Source: an uncultured Acidimicrobiia bacterium
Lineage (GTDB): Bacteria; Actinomycetota; Acidimicrobiia; Spongiisociales; UBA11373
DNA: 64,000 nucleotides
Assembly: GCA_964511945.1 (NCBI GenBank)
Contig: CAZEHO010000002.1
Span: 18,175-82,174, forward strand
Direction: 5' to 3'
Shown here: positions 18,122 to 25,923 of the stretch, piece by piece
How positions within the stretch are numbered: position 1 is the first letter of the stretch
Layout of the letters: each line of letters begins with the position of its first letter
Notes under the pieces: generated by a model
What the model was told of the DNA's origin: nothing
What the model saw: the letters and a program-made list of their open reading frames with translations, nothing else
Database searches by the model: none
Made by a program: the position numbers and the translations under genes

Positions 18122-18996
18122 GCGAACGAAGAGCTCGCAAGCGCGGCGCATCGGAACTCCGCCGGACGATCAAGCGTGCGATCCAGGAGGGACGGAGTGG
18201 CCGGGCCGGGTCCGCGGAACTCGGAGAGACAATTCAGCGAGCGATCGCGGCCCAAATGGTACGGAAGTTCCGTGAGCGGCCCGAGGTGGCGCGGAAGCTC
18301 GTCGAGGCCGGCCTCATCGACGAGGACTACGCGAACGTCGATCCGGCCACCATCGAGGATCCGGTGCGGTTCCTTCGCGAGTTCGGATCGGCGCTCGCCG
18401 AACGGGTCCGGGAGCAGCCCTCCACGCTCGCCCGGCTCGACCTGAACGCCGTGGAACTGATGGGCCAGGATTCGATCGGGACCACCCAGGCGGTCGCCGA
18501 ATCGACCCGGGACGATCGGGTGGTCCTGTTCACCGATCTCGAAGGGTTCACGTCCTTCACCGAGGACGAGGGTGATACGGCGGCAACCGAGCTGCTGACC
18601 GGGCACTACCAGGTGGTACAGGGCGTCGTTCGGTCTCGCGGCGGTGAGGTCGTGAAGCGCCTCGGCGACGGCCACCTCCTCGCGTTCCGGGCACCGGAGG
18701 CGGCGGTGATGGCAGGGCTCGAGATCGTCGAGTTGGCTCCCGATCCGTTGCGGCTGCGAGCGGGCGCGCACGCCGGCGAGGTGATGGTCTCCTCAGACGA
18801 CCTGCTCGGTCATGTGGTGAACATCGCTTCACGGGTTGCCGGTTCGGCGGGGGGCGGCCAGGCACTGATCACCGGAGCGGTGCGCCGGGATGCGGCCGAG
18901 CTGGCCGGTATCGAGTACGTGTCGACGCCGCCGCGGCCGCTCCGGGGGCTCGATGAACCGATGGCCCTCTGGGAGGTTCACCGGGTTCCGCGGTAG
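18118..18996 (+). CDS. class III adenylate/guanylate cyclase domain protein
   Basis: ATG at 18118 overlaps the ATPase stop (ATGA). C-terminal CHD domain: VVLFTDLEGFTSFTE...KRLGDGHLLAF...GAHAGEVMV...GHVVNIASRV. Confidence 0.8.
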   Translation: MSERRARKRGASELRRTIKRAIQEGRSGRAGSAELGETIQRAIAAQMVRKFRERPEVARKLVEAGLIDEDYANVDPATIEDPVRFLREFGSALAERVREQPSTLARLDLNAVELMGQDSIGTTQAVAESTRDDRVVLFTDLEGFTSFTEDEGDTAATELLTGHYQVVQGVVRSRGGEVVKRLGDGHLLAFRAPEAAVMAGLEIVELAPDPLRLRAGAHAGEVMVSSDDLLGHVVNIASRVAGSAGGGQALITGAVRRDAAELAGIEYVSTPPRPLRGLDEPMALWEVHRVPR

Positions 18997-19310
18997 GCCC
19001 TCACCTGCACTCGCTCGGTCGTCACCAGCCCGTCACCGACCATCTCGTCGAGTTCCGGGAGTACGGCCTCGATTTGCTCCTCGCGATCGACACACTCGAT
19101 CACGATCGGCAGGTCCTCAGAGAGCCGCACGATCGACGAGGTATGGAGCCTGGTCGATTGGCCGTACCCCTCGATCCCCTTGAGCACGGTCGCCCCGGCG
19201 AGGTCGTGGCTCCGTAACAGTTCGACAATCGCCTGGAACAGCGGCCGGCCCTCGAAACGATCGTCCTCGCCGATGAAGATGCGGAGCAGCAGATGGGCGG
19301 GGTCATTCAT
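18978..19310 (-). CDS. DUF190 (PII-like) protein, fluoride-operon associated
   Basis: MNDPAHLLLRIFIGEDDRFEGRPLFQAIVELL...ATVLKGIEGYG is the DUF190 family. Sits downstream of the crcB pair. Confidence 0.8.
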   Translation of the reverse strand: MNDPAHLLLRIFIGEDDRFEGRPLFQAIVELLRSHDLAGATVLKGIEGYGQSTRLHTSSIVRLSEDLPIVIECVDREEQIEAVLPELDEMVGDGLVTTERVQVRAYRGTR

Positions 19311-19314
19311 GAGC

Positions 19315-19662
19315 TCAGTCTGTCAGGTGGAACCCCAGCGCGCACAGGGCGACACCTGCAACGAGCGGCAACACCACATTGACCAGTGCCCGCCGGTGCT
19401 GGCCGGTCAAGAGGAGCCCGAAGCTCTCAAAGCTCCATGTCGAGAACGTCGTGAACCCACCGAGAAACCCGACGACCCCGGCGGCCGGGATGCCGCCGTC
19501 CGGCAGGGCCCCCGCCGCCAGCCCGATCGCCAGAGCACCGAGGAGATTGACGGCCAGGGTGCCGCCGGGGAAGTGGCCGCTGCGGGCCTGAACCCACCCT
19601 GCGGCCAGGTACCGGCCGACCGCTCCCAGGCCGCCCGCCGCGATGGTGATGGTCGTGATCAT
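19315..19662 (-). CDS. crcB: fluoride ion channel CrcB/FluC, second copy
   Basis: 115 aa with FLGGFTTFSTWSFE signature. ATG at 19662 inside the long ORF 19315..20310. Overlaps the upstream crcB by ATGA. Confidence 0.85.
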   Translation of the reverse strand: MITTITIAAGGLGAVGRYLAAGWVQARSGHFPGGTLAVNLLGALAIGLAAGALPDGGIPAAGVVGFLGGFTTFSTWSFESFGLLLTGQHRRALVNVVLPLVAGVALCALGFHLTD

Positions 19663-20057
19663 CGGCGCTCCCCGACGGCATGGCCCGCCCATGCTCCGAG
19701 GAGGCCGAGGATCGTGGATCCCGCGCCGTACCCGATGGCCGACGCGGCACGCCCCGCTTCCAGCAGTTGAACGGTCTCGAGGGCAAGGGCGGAGAACGTA
19801 GTGAACGATCCGAGCAATCCGATGGCCCAGAAGTCGAGTGATCGGGCCGATGAGCGGCTGATCTCCCGACGCGTCAGGTAGAAAGCCGCCGCCGTCGCTC
19901 CGGTGATGTTGACGAGCAGTGTGGCGGCGGGCCATCCGGCAGGGTCCCAGGAGATCCAGGCTCCCGCCGCGGTGCGCAGCGCCGATCCTAGGAGCCCGCC
20001 GGCCAGGATGACGGCAAGGCGTTGTGTGGAACGAAGGTCGATGGAGATCGCAAACAT
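19659..20057 (-). CDS. crcB: fluoride ion channel CrcB/FluC, first copy
   Basis: 132 aa, GLLGSFTTFSALALE signature. Directly preceded by a fluoride riboswitch. Confidence 0.85.
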   Translation of the reverse strand: MFAISIDLRSTQRLAVILAGGLLGSALRTAAGAWISWDPAGWPAATLLVNITGATAAAFYLTRREISRSSARSLDFWAIGLLGSFTTFSALALETVQLLEAGRAASAIGYGAGSTILGLLGAWAGHAVGERR

Positions 20058-20069
20058 GGCTCGGTTGGG

Positions 20070-20121
20070 GGGTAGGAGCCATCAGCCCGGGCGGGCGGTT
20101 TCGGCGAGCTCCATCGCCGTC
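20070..20121 (-). ncRNA. fluoride riboswitch (crcB RNA motif)
   Basis: Minus-strand sequence GGCGAUGGAGCUCGCCGAAACCGCCCGCCCGGGCUGAUGGCUCCUAC aligns almost position by position with the Thermotoga fluoride riboswitch (GGCGAUGAGGCCCGCCCAAACUGCCCUGAAAAGGGCUGAUGGCCUCUAC). It ends 14 nt before the crcB ATG. Confidence 0.8.
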
Positions 20122-20243
20122 GGCGTGATCGTACCGGACCCGCCACCGCAGCAGCGGGAGGGCTCCAGGGGTCGGTTCCGATCTTCGGGGTTGATCAAGG
20201 CAGCGGTCGTGGAAGAATCCCCAATGATGCTGACACAGGAGGG

Positions 20244-20762
20244 GTGATGACACGAAGCCATGTTTCATGGCGCGGAGCGGCTGTGCTCCTGGTGGCGGTG
20301 TTCGCCACACTGCTGACCGCTTGCTCTGAGGAGACGCCTGCAGCCGAGATCGTCGACGACCGTCCCGAGGTGGCCCGCGCCGACCTCAGCGGCATCGAGG
20401 TCGAGGTCCATCGGGAGCCCGGCTGAGGATGCTGTGGTGATTGGTCTGATTACATCGCAGACCACGGTGCAACGGTCGTTGCATCCGACGATCCGCAACT
20501 GAACAGTTTCCGGGAGGGCCTCGGGGTCCCACCGGAGGTCTTCTCGTGCCACACCGCCATCGTCGACGGCTATGTGGTCGAAGGGCACGTGCCCGCCGAG
20601 GCCGTCGTCCAGCTCCTTGCGGAGCGGCCGGACGCCGTCGGCATCGCGGTTCCGGGCATGCCGGCGCTGTCTCCCGGCATGGGCGGGGACCGCGGGGATT
20701 GGCTCGACCTCGATGTCGTCCTGATCGGGTTCGACGGGAGCCTGTCACCTTTCCAGTTCTGA
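20244..20762 (+). CDS. DUF411/CopG-family periplasmic lipoprotein interrupted by an in-frame TGA at the first Cys of the CxCC motif (selenocysteine candidate or pseudogene)
   Basis: The ORF track splits this into 20244..20426 (signal peptide plus lipobox LLTAC) and 20574..20762. Hand translation shows one continuous frame: ...EVHREPG-TGA-GCCGDWSDYIADHG...SCHTAIVDGYVVEGHVPAE...GIAVPGMPALSPGMGG. That covers the DUF411 motifs CxCC-W, SCHTA, EGHVP and GMPxxSPGM. No in-frame ATG/GTG/TTG lies between the TGA (20424-26) and 20571. A 7-bp hairpin TGGTCTG-N9-CAGACCA begins 15 nt after the TGA. Confidence 0.55.
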
Positions 20763-20780
20763 GAAACCGGGAATGTCCTA

Positions 20781-20826
20781 CCCCTGGGTCGATGTTTAGT
20801 ACTAAAGTATGACATCGACTCAGGGG
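20781..20826 (+). promoter_or_regulatory. AT-rich palindromic hairpin overlapping the heliorhodopsin RBS
   Basis: CCCCTGGGTCGATGT-TTAGTACTAAAGTATG-ACATCGACTCAGGGG has ~14-bp arms with one mismatch. Its loop carries the perfect palindrome TTAGTACTAA. The 3' arm contains the GGGGAAG Shine-Dalgarno for the ATG at 20832. Confidence 0.4.
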
Positions 20827-20831
20827 AAGAC

Positions 20832-21611
20832 ATGACCACCGTGACCGCTGAGACTGCCGTGCCGATGGTTCGGCTCCGCCGGCTCAACCTCATCGTTGGG
20901 CTGGCCCATCTGATTCAGGGGGTCCTGATCCTGGTACTGAGCAGCGGGTTCTCGATCCCGGTGCTCGCTTCGTTCGCCGACGGACCTCCGGGGACGCCTC
21001 CGCCACCAGCATCCATCCTGTTCGAGATGCCGTTTGCGGTGGTGATCGCGATCTTCTTGCTCTTCGCCGCAGCCGACCACCTGCTCATGGCGTTTGGTGG
21101 GGTCCGCCGCTGGTACGAGAGCAACCTGCGCAGGACCGTCAACTACGCCCGCTGGATCGAATACTCGATCAGCTCGTCTCTGATGGTCGTGCTGATCGCC
21201 ATGCTCACCGGCATCGTCGATTTTTTCGCCCTGCTCGGATTATTCGGGGTGAACGCCTCGATGATCCTGTTCGGGGCGCTCCAGGAGCGGTTCAATCAGC
21301 TCGACAAGGACAATGTCGATTGGTGGCCGTTCATCTTCGGAACCATCGCCGGGAGCGTCCCGTGGATCGCAGTGGCGTTCTCCATCGGTGGAGCAGTGCA
21401 GGAGGGCAACGGCGTTCCCGGCTTCGTGTTCGGAATCTTCGTGTCCCTGTTCATCTTCTTCAACAGCTTCGCCATCAACCAGGTGCTGCAGTACCGCCGG
21501 GTGGGGAAGTGGCGGGACTATCTGTACGGCGAGCGGGCCTACATCCTGCTCAGCCTCGGGGCCAAGACCGCGTTGGCCTGGCAGGTGTTCGGCGGAACGC
21601 TGGCCGGCTGA
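20832..21611 (+). CDS. heliorhodopsin
   Basis: 259 aa, 7 TM. Block-wise identity to heliorhodopsin 48C12: NLIVGLAHLIQ, DGPPGT, RWIEYSISSSLMVVLIA, LLGLFGVNASMILFGALQERF, PGFVFGIFVSLFIFFNSFAINQVLQY..KW.DYLYGERAYILLSLGAKTALAWQVFGGTL. The retinal Schiff-base Lys (in SLGAKTALAWQ), the counterion Glu (in RWIEY) and the conserved His are present. Confidence 0.9.
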   Translation: MTTVTAETAVPMVRLRRLNLIVGLAHLIQGVLILVLSSGFSIPVLASFADGPPGTPPPPASILFEMPFAVVIAIFLLFAAADHLLMAFGGVRRWYESNLRRTVNYARWIEYSISSSLMVVLIAMLTGIVDFFALLGLFGVNASMILFGALQERFNQLDKDNVDWWPFIFGTIAGSVPWIAVAFSIGGAVQEGNGVPGFVFGIFVSLFIFFNSFAINQVLQYRRVGKWRDYLYGERAYILLSLGAKTALAWQVFGGTLAG

Positions 21612-21663
21612 CATGACGCCTTCGGGCCTGCGCCCCCTTGCTCTTTCCCCGGGCGAGGGGGCG

Positions 21664-22251
21664 CTACCGCGCCGGTTGCGGAACGCCGACCGGGATCAGG
21701 TACAGCGGCAGGTCGTCGGCCCCCAGGCCGAGCACGGTGCACACGGCGGCCTCGTTGAAGGATCCAACCGGCACGGCCCACAGCCCGATGGATTCCGCCG
21801 CCAGCAGTACGTTCTGCCCGATATGGCCGGCCTCGAGCTTCACGTAGAGCTCGGCACGTTCCCCGTACTTGGCTGCGGTGCGAGCCACCCGGGCGGTGGC
21901 GACGACGGTGAGCCCGGCACGAGCGACGACATCCTGGCTGCCGCACGTAGCCGCCAGAGCCGATCGAACGTCGGCGCGGCCTGAGATCTCGACCGAGTGG
22001 GAATCACCCCGGTACGGGCCGTACCAATCGGGCGTCACCGCGACGACCATCATCGGGTCGGTGAAGCCGGCCGACGGTACGGTGCGGCGGCCGTCGTCGG
22101 AGGTGACGCCGTGGGCGGCCCACAGGACCAATGCGAGCTGTTCCGGGGTGAGCGCCTCGCCGGTGTAGTCGCGGCGAGAACGTCTGGTACCGAGCACCGT
22201 CGTCAGTGCCGGCCCGTCGATGGGAATCGGTGGCAGGTTGATGGTGTCCAT
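21664..22251 (-). CDS. SagB-type dehydrogenase / nitroreductase-family protein
   Basis: 195 aa from the ATG at 22251 (MDTINLPPIP...). TRRSRRDYTGEALTPEQLALVLWAAHGVT...KLEAGHIGQNVLLAAESIGLWAVPVG is the nitroreductase/SagB fold. Confidence 0.7.
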   Translation of the reverse strand: MDTINLPPIPIDGPALTTVLGTRRSRRDYTGEALTPEQLALVLWAAHGVTSDDGRRTVPSAGFTDPMMVVAVTPDWYGPYRGDSHSVEISGRADVRSALAATCGSQDVVARAGLTVVATARVARTAAKYGERAELYVKLEAGHIGQNVLLAAESIGLWAVPVGSFNEAAVCTVLGLGADDLPLYLIPVGVPQPAR

Positions 22252-22294
22252 GCAAGAAGTCTCGCGCAGCTGTGCCCGGCATAGACTCGCCCGC

Positions 22295-23272
22295 ATGCCC
22301 GAACTCCCCGAACCGATCGAAGGACATCCGTGGCGGCCCGTCACCGTCGACGATGCGGAAGCCCTCGCCCGGCTCCACGCGGCCTGCCATGCAGTGGACG
22401 GTGGGTACCTGATGGTGCCCTCGGAATATCGCGACGATCTGAACCACCCGGCCAACGATGCCGCTGCCGACACCATCGGGGTCTTCGATGAGTCGGGCGA
22501 GGCGATCGCGTTCGGGTACGCGTTCATGACCGGGGGTGAGGTCTCGACCCACCGGGTGTACCCGTGGGCGGAGGTCCATCCCGAATACCGACGCCGCGGG
22601 ATCGGGACCGCGCTGCAGACCTGGCTGGAGCGGCGGGCGATGGAGCGCCTGGAGTCCTGCGACGATGGGCTGCCCTCGACTATCCGGCTCGGTGCGTACT
22701 CCGATCAGGCCGATCGAATCGAACTGTTCGAGCGGCTCGGATTCGAGCCCGTCCGGTACTGGAGCGAAATGCTGCGGGATCTCTCACTGCCCTTCCCTTC
22801 GCTGCCGCCGATGCGCGGTATCGCGATCCTCGGCTGGTCGGAGGTGAACAAGGAGGCGGCTCGCGAGGTGCACAACCAGGCATTTGCGGATCACTGGGGG
22901 TCGGAACCGGTGAGCCCTGAAGGGTGGGAGCACCGGTTCAACGAGTTCTTCCTGCCCGAGGCGTCGTACGTTGCATACGACGGCGAGACCCCGGTCGCCT
23001 ATCTGACGTCGGCGATGTATCCGCACGATTTCGAGTCGCGAGGACGGACTGAAGCCTGGATCGAGGGGTTGGGCACCATCCGGTCTTGCCGCGGCCGCGG
23101 TATCGCCACCACCATGCTCCTTGAGGCGTTCGCCCGGTATCGCGATCGGGATCTGCAATACGCAGTCATCGGGGTGGATGCGGAGAACCCGACCGGAGCG
23201 GTCGGCCTCTACGAGAGGATGGGTTTCGTCACCGAGAAGCAGTCGGTCACGTACGCCAAGTCGTTCGACTGA
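22295..23272 (+). CDS. tandem-GNAT N-acetyltransferase, MshD (mycothiol synthase)-like
   Basis: Two GNAT cores (EYRRRGIGTALQ and CRGRGIATTMLLEAF). ATG at 22295 chosen. Confidence 0.7.
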   Translation: MPELPEPIEGHPWRPVTVDDAEALARLHAACHAVDGGYLMVPSEYRDDLNHPANDAAADTIGVFDESGEAIAFGYAFMTGGEVSTHRVYPWAEVHPEYRRRGIGTALQTWLERRAMERLESCDDGLPSTIRLGAYSDQADRIELFERLGFEPVRYWSEMLRDLSLPFPSLPPMRGIAILGWSEVNKEAAREVHNQAFADHWGSEPVSPEGWEHRFNEFFLPEASYVAYDGETPVAYLTSAMYPHDFESRGRTEAWIEGLGTIRSCRGRGIATTMLLEAFARYRDRDLQYAVIGVDAENPTGAVGLYERMGFVTEKQSVTYAKSFD

Positions 23273-24149
23273 CAAGACGTCGAGCCGACCGCAGCTTCGG
23301 TACCACCGCCGGGGTTCCCTGCGTCAGTTCTCGATACCCGGGACGCCGCTCTTCCATGCGGCGGTCCATGAGCGGGATACTCACTGCTACGAACAGCACG
23401 GTGACGGCGGCGGCGCCCACCACCGTCCATGCTTCGCCGGCGGCAATCCCGAAGAGCGCCAACCCCCACCAGAACCCGATCTCTCCCAGGTAGTTGGGGT
23501 GGCGGACGAGCGCCCAGAGGCCCTCGGTGAGCGTCCCGCTTCCTCCGCCGGCGCGAAACCTGCGTTTCTGGAGATCGGCCGTCGACTCGATCCACACCGC
23601 CAGAAGAGCGACCGCAGCGCCGGCCACTCCGAGAGCGCCGAACGCCCCGTCGCCGGTGACGGCGGCGTACACGGGGAGTAGGCCGGCAAACACGATAAGC
23701 GTCGGCATCATCTGGAGGGCGCCGAACGAGACCGCCCAGTACCCGGCGGTGCCGAAACGCCGGTACTCGGTGTACCGCCAGTCCTCGTGGTTGAGCCCGG
23801 TCCATCCGGCAAGGAAGTTGGCGGTAAGCCGGAGCCCCCACACCGCGACTACCGCGAGGACGACGATCCCGGCCCCGGACATCTCATCCTGCGCCAACCA
23901 CCAGGCGATGAGCAAGATCGGTGCCACCGACCAGTATGGGTCGTAGACGCTGGTGTTGTTGAAAGCCAGCGCCGCCAGGAACACCACGACGGTCGCCACC
24001 ACGTCCGCAACAAACGCCGCCAGCAGGATGCCGGAGTCCGCCAGCGCTTGCGCTGCCAGAAACCTGGCCAGCGCGGCGACGGCGTAGACCACAGCGAGCA
24101 CCAGGTAGCTGGCGGACCGGGACCAGGTTCGACGGCCGGGGTGAGTCAT
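23247..24149 (-). CDS. DUF1295 / isoprenylcysteine-carboxyl-methyltransferase-like membrane protein
   Basis: 300 aa polytopic protein with the LVRHPNYLGEIGFWWGLAL motif of the ICMT/steroid-5alpha-reductase-like family. Confidence 0.7.
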   Translation of the reverse strand: MTHPGRRTWSRSASYLVLAVVYAVAALARFLAAQALADSGILLAAFVADVVATVVVFLAALAFNNTSVYDPYWSVAPILLIAWWLAQDEMSGAGIVVLAVVAVWGLRLTANFLAGWTGLNHEDWRYTEYRRFGTAGYWAVSFGALQMMPTLIVFAGLLPVYAAVTGDGAFGALGVAGAAVALLAVWIESTADLQKRRFRAGGGSGTLTEGLWALVRHPNYLGEIGFWWGLALFGIAAGEAWTVVGAAAVTVLFVAVSIPLMDRRMEERRPGYRELTQGTPAVVPKLRSARRLVSRTTWRT

Positions 24150-25321
24150 CAGATGCTGATCAGCGGGCCGAAGACGAACACCAGGCCGACGCTGACCACC
24201 CCGACGGCAAGCGCGGCGGCGATGCCGACTACGAAGGGCCTGAAGCCGAGACCCTTGAGCTGGTCGAACGAGGTCCCCAACCCGACTCCGGCCATTGCAG
24301 TGGCCAGGATGTATTCCGCCCAGGTCCGGATGCCGTGGGTGAGGTCACCCCAGGCCCCCTCGGCCCAGATCCCGAAGGCGCTGCCGCCACCCTCGATCCC
24401 GGCGTCTCCGATACTGCGCAAAGCCGCCATGGCGAGGAACCCGAGAATGAACACCGGTACCAACTGCAGGATTCCGGTCTGCTCTCCCGCTTCTTCACCC
24501 TGGGCGCGCAGCCGGCGGGCGTAGACGTAGGTGATGCCCGGGATCGCAGCGACCATCATCGCGTTGCGAACCAGCTTGGCGACCACCGCGATGTCGGCTC
24601 CGCTCGGCGACGTGATGATGGCGAACGACTGGTCGTAGATGAGGCCGGCGCCGGCGACCTGGGCGGTCTCATGGATCGACGTTCCCAGGAACAGCCCGGT
24701 CCTGATCAGGTCGCCTCCGAAGATCAGATCGCCGAGGAACGGGTAGAGGAACATCGCGGCGATCCCGAAGATCGTGATGTTCGCAACCGCATAGGCCACC
24801 TCTTCGTCCTTCGCCCGGATCCCGGGGGCGGTGGCGACGATGGCGGTCGCTCCACAAATGCCGGTCCCGACCGCGATCAGGGTGCCGAGCCGGTCCGGAA
24901 GGCCGAGCCGGCGCGTGGCGATGGTGGCGACCACCAGGCCGGTCAGCACCGCTCCGACGACGATGGGGATGCCGAAGCCGCCGATCTCCAGCACGTCGAG
25001 CAGGCTGAGCCGGATTCCCAGCAGGATGATCCCGAGGCGCAGGAGCTTCTTGAGGCTGAAGGCGACGCCGGGTGCGAACACGTTGTGGAGCCCGATGGTG
25101 TTGCGCACGAGCATGCCGAGGACGATCGCCACGAGGATGAAGCTGACCAATCCGTCGAAGCCCCAAGCGGTGTTGATCAAGTCGGCCAGCCCCACGGCGG
25201 CGGCGACAACGGCGGTGGCCAGGGCGATCCCCGGAACCAGAGCCGGGACCTGGTCGATCGTGGTACCGAGCAGCAGGCGTTCGAGGAGCGTCGGCCGGCG
25301 CAGCGCTGTCTGGTCGCTCAT
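24149..25321 (-). CDS. YeiH/UPF0324-family putative sulfate exporter membrane protein
   Basis: 390 aa, ~10 TM, Gly/Ala-rich helices typical of UPF0324. Confidence 0.7.
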   Translation of the reverse strand: MSDQTALRRPTLLERLLLGTTIDQVPALVPGIALATAVVAAAVGLADLINTAWGFDGLVSFILVAIVLGMLVRNTIGLHNVFAPGVAFSLKKLLRLGIILLGIRLSLLDVLEIGGFGIPIVVGAVLTGLVVATIATRRLGLPDRLGTLIAVGTGICGATAIVATAPGIRAKDEEVAYAVANITIFGIAAMFLYPFLGDLIFGGDLIRTGLFLGTSIHETAQVAGAGLIYDQSFAIITSPSGADIAVVAKLVRNAMMVAAIPGITYVYARRLRAQGEEAGEQTGILQLVPVFILGFLAMAALRSIGDAGIEGGGSAFGIWAEGAWGDLTHGIRTWAEYILATAMAGVGLGTSFDQLKGLGFRPFVVGIAAALAVGVVSVGLVFVFGPLISI

Positions 25322-25445
25322 TCATGCTCCGTGTGCGGGCGGAAGCCGCAATTGTGACACGGGGAATGGGCGTAGCCTTCTCGGCGACACATCGGGAGGC
25401 TCCGCCGACCGACGCGGCCCCGCCGCGATCCGTAGTCTTCCCGGC

Positions 25446-25850
25446 ATGAGGGAAGACCTGGGTGATGCTCTGGTGAGCTCGGGCATGACCGCCGCCGAGC
25501 GGCGCCGGCTCCTCGAGATGTGTCACCCGCGGAGTGCTGAGGAGCTCGCCGGCGATGTCTCCAGCATCGAGGAGCACATGGCCGTGCTGAGCCTGGCGGC
25601 CGAGTCGGATCCCACCGTCGATCTCCAATTGGCCGATCGAATGGCCGCCGCGCTGCGCCTGCTGGTCGAGGACCGCCACCGGCTGACCTTCGAGGAGCGC
25701 AGGCTCTTGTGCGGTGCGATTGCCTACTTCGCGGCAGCCGCCGACGGAGCCGACGACATCCGCGATCTGGCCGGCCTCGAGGACGACGCCCGGATCATCC
25801 GGGCCGTCTGTTCCGCCCTCGGCCGCGGCGACATCGCCCGCAAGGTGTGA
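25446..25850 (+). CDS. hypothetical protein
   Basis: 134-aa C-terminal part of ORF 24831..25850 from an in-frame ATG. Helical, no recognised family. Confidence 0.35.
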   Translation: MREDLGDALVSSGMTAAERRRLLEMCHPRSAEELAGDVSSIEEHMAVLSLAAESDPTVDLQLADRMAAALRLLVEDRHRLTFEERRLLCGAIAYFAAAADGADDIRDLAGLEDDARIIRAVCSALGRGDIARKV

Positions 25851-25923
25851 CGGCCAACGGTCCCTTCATGCCAGAATCCCGCGTCGGAGCCGGAACGCGC
25901 CCGGTGCGACAGAGAGGCGGCGC

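Noticed and set aside
17413-18771. 452-aa minus-strand ORF antisense to the ABC ATPase/cyclase
   Set aside because: Antisense artefact; Ser/Arg-rich.
19315-20310. 331-aa minus-strand ORF spanning both crcB genes and the riboswitch
   Set aside because: One frame happens to stay open. The real genes are two CrcB copies (19315-19662, 19659-20057) plus a leader RNA.
20574-20762. Stand-alone 62-aa ORF (track)
   Set aside because: It is the C-terminal piece of the DUF411/CopG-like gene. Conserved domain sequence continues upstream of its GTG with no start codon, so it was merged into 20244..20762.
24831-25445. N-terminal part of the 339-aa ORF 24831..25850
   Set aside because: Antisense to the YeiH gene and low-complexity. 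Only the C-terminal 134 aa from the ATG at 25446 were kept, at low confidence.
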